Of a stretch of 19,115 nucleotides of DNA, positions 16,125 through 19,115 are shown piece by piece. The notes under the pieces were generated by a model. The model made no database searches. It was not told the origin of the DNA and worked only from the letters and a program-made list of their open reading frames with translations. The translations under genes and the position numbers were made by a program. Position 1 is the stretch's first letter; each line of letters opens with the position of its first letter. Source of the DNA: a virus (lineage: Duplodnaviria; Heunggongvirae; Uroviricota; Caudoviricetes); the IMG/VR virus record IMGVR_UViG_2617270954_000002; one strand, 5' to 3'.

Positions 16125-19115
16125 ATGGGTAAAGGAAGCAGTAAGGGGCATACCCCGCGCGAAGCGAGGGACAACCTGAAGTCCACGCAGCTGCTGAGTG
16201 TGATCGATGCCATCAGCGAAGGGCCGGTTGAAGGTCCGGTGGACGGATTAAAAAGCGTGCTGCTGAACAGTACGCCGGTGCTGGACAGTGAGGGGAATAC
16301 CAATATATCCGGTGTCACGGTGGTGTTCCGGGCAGGTGAGCAGGAGCAGACACCGCCGGAGGGATTTGAATCCTCCGGCTCCGAGACGGTGCTGGGTACG
16401 GAAGTGAAATATGACACGCCGATCACCCGGACCATCACGTCGGCAAACATCGACCGTCTGCGCTTTACCTTCGGTGTGCAGGCACTGGTGGAAACCACCT
16501 CAAAGGGGGACAGGAATCCGTCGGAAGTCCGCCTGCTGGTTCAGATCCAGCGTAACGGTGGCTGGGTGACGGAAAAAGACATCACCATTAAGGGCAAAAC
16601 CACCTCGCAGTATCTGGCCTCGGTGGTGGTGGATAACCTGCCGCCGCGCCCGTTTAATATCCGGATGCGCAGAATGACGCCGGACAGCACCACAGACCAG
16701 CTGCAGAACAAAACGCTCTGGTCGTCATACACCGAAATCATCGATGTGAAACAGTGCTACCCGAACACGGCACTGGTCGGCGTGCAGGTGGACTCGGAAC
16801 AGTTCGGCAGCCAGCAGGTGAGCCGTAATTATCATCTTCGCGGGCGCATTCTGCAGGTGCCGTCGAACTATAACCCGCAGACGCGGCAATACAGCGGTAT
16901 CTGGGACGGAACGTTTAAGCCAGCATACAGCAACAACATGGCCTGGTGTCTGTGGGATATGCTGACCCATCCGCGCTACGGCATGGGGAAGCGTCTCGGT
17001 GCGGCGGATGTGGACAAATGGGCGCTGTATGTCATCGGCCAGAATTGCGACCAGTCGGTGCCGGATGGCTTTGGTGGCACGGAGCCGCGCATCACCTGTA
17101 ATGCCTACCTGACCACACAGCGCAAGGCGTGGGATGTGCTCAGCGATTTCTGCTCGGCGATGCGCTGTATGCCGGTATGGAACGGGCAGACGCTGACATT
17201 CGTGCAGGACCGGCCGTCGGATAAGGTGTGGATCTATAACCGCAGCAATGTGGTGATGCCGGATGATGGCGCGCCGTTCCGCTACAGCTTCAGCGCCCTG
17301 AAAGACCGCCATAATGCCGTTGAGGTGAACTGGATTGACCCGGATAACGGCTGGGAGACGGCGACAGAGCTTGTGGAGGACACGCAGGCCATTGCCCGTT
17401 ACGGTCGTAACGTCACGAAGATGGATGCCTTTGGCTGTACCAGTCGGGGGCAGGCACACCGCGCCGGGCTGTGGTTGATTAAAACGGAGCTGCTGGAAAC
17501 GCAGACCGTGGACTTCAGCGTGGGCGCAGAAGGGCTTCGTCATGTACCGGGCGATGTCATTGAAATCTGCGATGATGACTATGCGGGTATCAGCACCGGC
17601 GGGCGCGTGCTGGCGGTGAACAGCCAGGCGCGGACACTGACGCTCGACCGTGAAATCACGCTGCCATCCTCCGGTACCACGCTGATAAGCCTGGTTGACG
17701 GAAGTGGCAATCCGGTCAGCGTGGAGGTTCAGTCCGTCACCGACGGCGTGAAGGTAAAAGTGAGCCGTGTTCCTGACGGTGTTGCTGAATACAGCGTATG
17801 GGGGCTGAAGCTGCCGACGCTGCGCCAGCGACTGTTCCGCTGCGTGAGTATCCGTGAGAACGACGACGGCACGTATGCCATCACCGCCGTGCAGCATGTG
17901 CCGGAAAAAGAGGTCATCGTGGATAACGGGGCGCACTTTGACGGCGAACAGAGTGGCACGGTGAACGGTGTCACGCCGCCAGCGGTGCAGCACCTGACCG
18001 CAGAAGTCACTGCAGACAGCGGGGAATACCAGGTGCTGGCCCGCTGGGACACGCCGAAGGTGGTGAAGGGCGTGAGCTTCCTGCTTCGCCTGACCGTGGC
18101 AGCGGATGACGGCAGTGAGCGGCTGGTCAGCACGGCCCGGACGACGGGAACCACTTACCGCTTCACACAACTGGCTCTGGGGAACTACAGGCTGACAGTC
18201 CGGGCAGTAAATGCGTGGGGGCAGCAGGGCGATCCGGCGTCGGTATCGTTCCGGATTGCCGCACCGGCAGCGCCGTCGCGGATTGAGCTGACGCCGGGCT
18301 ATTTTCAGATAACCGCCACGCCGCATCTTGCGGTTTATGATCCGACGGTACAGTTTGAGTTCTGGTTCTCGGAAAAGCGGATTGCGGATATCAGGCAGGT
18401 TGAAACCACAGCACGCTATCTTGGCACGGCGCTGTACTGGATAGCCGCCAGTATCAATATCAAACCGGGCCATGATTATTATTTTTATATCCGCAGTGTG
18501 AATACTGTTGGCAAATCGGCATTCGTGGAGGCTGTCGGTCGGGCGAGCGATGATGCGGAAGGTTACCTGGATTTTTTCAAAGGAGAGATAGGGAAAACAC
18601 ATCTGGCTCAGGAGCTGTGGACGCAGATTGATAACGGTCAGCTTGCGCCTGACCTGGCTGAAATCAGGACGTCCATTACGGATGTCAGCAATGAAATCAC
18701 GCAGACTGTCAATAAGAAACTGAAAGACCAGAGTGCGGCAATCCAGCAGATACAGAAGGTTCAGGTTGATACAAATAATAACCTGAACAGCATGTGGGCT
18801 GTGAAGCTGCAGCAGATGCAGGACGGACGCCTTTATATCGCGGGTATTGGTGCCGGTATTGAAAACACCCCTGACGGCATGCAGAGTCAGGTGCTGCTGG
18901 CGGCAGACAGGATTGCGATGATTAATCCTGCGAATGGCAACACAAAGCCGATGTTTGTTGGTCAGGGCGATCAGATATTCATGAACGACGTGTTCCTGAA
19001 ACGCCTGACGGCTCCCACCATTACCAGCGGCGGTAATCCTCCGGCATTTTCCCTGACACCGGACGGGCGGCTGACGGCGAAAAATGCCGATATCAGCGGT
19101 AACGTGAATGCGAAC
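16125..19115 (+). CDS. J: tail tip/host specificity protein gpJ-like (central tail fibre), 3'-truncated by the window end
   Basis: ATG at 16125 with GGAG upstream; 997 in-frame codons with no stop to the last base. N-terminus [34 protein letters not shown] and most of the region appear near-identical to recalled lambda gpJ. Not in the supplied ORF track because it has no in-window stop. Confidence 0.9.
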   Translation, partial: MGKGSSKGHTPREARDNLKSTQLLSVIDAISEGPVEGPVDGLKSVLLNSTPVLDSEGNTNISGVTVVFRAGEQEQTPPEGFESSGSETVLGTEVKYDTPITRTITSANIDRLRFTFGVQALVETTSKGDRNPSEVRLLVQIQRNGGWVTEKDITIKGKTTSQYLASVVVDNLPPRPFNIRMRRMTPDSTTDQLQNKTLWSSYTEIIDVKQCYPNTALVGVQVDSEQFGSQQVSRNYHLRGRILQVPSNYNPQTRQYSGIWDGTFKPAYSNNMAWCLWDMLTHPRYGMGKRLGAADVDKWALYVIGQNCDQSVPDGFGGTEPRITCNAYLTTQRKAWDVLSDFCSAMRCMPVWNGQTLTFVQDRPSDKVWIYNRSNVVMPDDGAPFRYSFSALKDRHNAVEVNWIDPDNGWETATELVEDTQAIARYGRNVTKMDAFGCTSRGQAHRAGLWLIKTELLETQTVDFSVGAEGLRHVPGDVIEICDDDYAGISTGGRVLAVNSQARTLTLDREITLPSSGTTLISLVDGSGNPVSVEVQSVTDGVKVKVSRVPDGVAEYSVWGLKLPTLRQRLFRCVSIRENDDGTYAITAVQHVPEKEVIVDNGAHFDGEQSGTVNGVTPPAVQHLTAEVTADSGEYQVLARWDTPKVVKGVSFLLRLTVAADDGSERLVSTARTTGTTYRFTQLALGNYRLTVRAVNAWGQQGDPASVSFRIAAPAAPSRIELTPGYFQITATPHLAVYDPTVQFEFWFSEKRIADIRQVETTARYLGTALYWIAASINIKPGHDYYFYIRSVNTVGKSAFVEAVGRASDDAEGYLDFFKGEIGKTHLAQELWTQIDNGQLAPDLAEIRTSITDVSNEITQTVNKKLKDQSAAIQQIQKVQVDTNNNLNSMWAVKLQQMQDGRLYIAGIGAGIENTPDGMQSQVLLAADRIAMINPANGNTKPMFVGQGDQIFMNDVFLKRLTAPTITSGGNPPAFSLTPDGRLTAKNADISGNVNAN

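Noticed and set aside
16725-18602. 625 aa ORF on the minus strand
   Set aside because: It lies entirely antisense to the strongly supported J gene; the protein is Arg/Pro/His-rich and low-complexity, typical of a spurious antisense ORF in GC-rich coding DNA.
1-19115. CRISPR arrays, tRNA or rRNA genes, integrase or attachment sites, IS elements
   Set aside because: I saw no short regularly spaced direct repeats, no tRNA-like cloverleaf candidates and no transposase- or integrase-like ORFs; the window is a contiguous morphogenesis operon.

Overview
The window is the left (morphogenesis) arm of a lambda-like siphophage or prophage, all on the + strand, starting at the cos packaging site. Gene order is cos, Nu1, A, W, B, C/Nu3, D, E, FI, FII, Z, U, V, G/G-T, H, M, L, K, I, then an inserted AT-rich lipoprotein gene, then J running off the 3' end. 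Homology calls rest on my recollection of phage lambda proteins, not a database search. The most interesting item is the lipoprotein moron between I and J (about 15650-16110), which lambda does not have at this position. Three structural genes look disrupted: D (frame break), FI (frame break) and Z (41-bp imperfect duplication), so this is either a decaying cryptic prophage or an assembly with indel errors. The supplied ORF track does not list J (no in-window stop); the long minus-strand ORFs are antisense artefacts.
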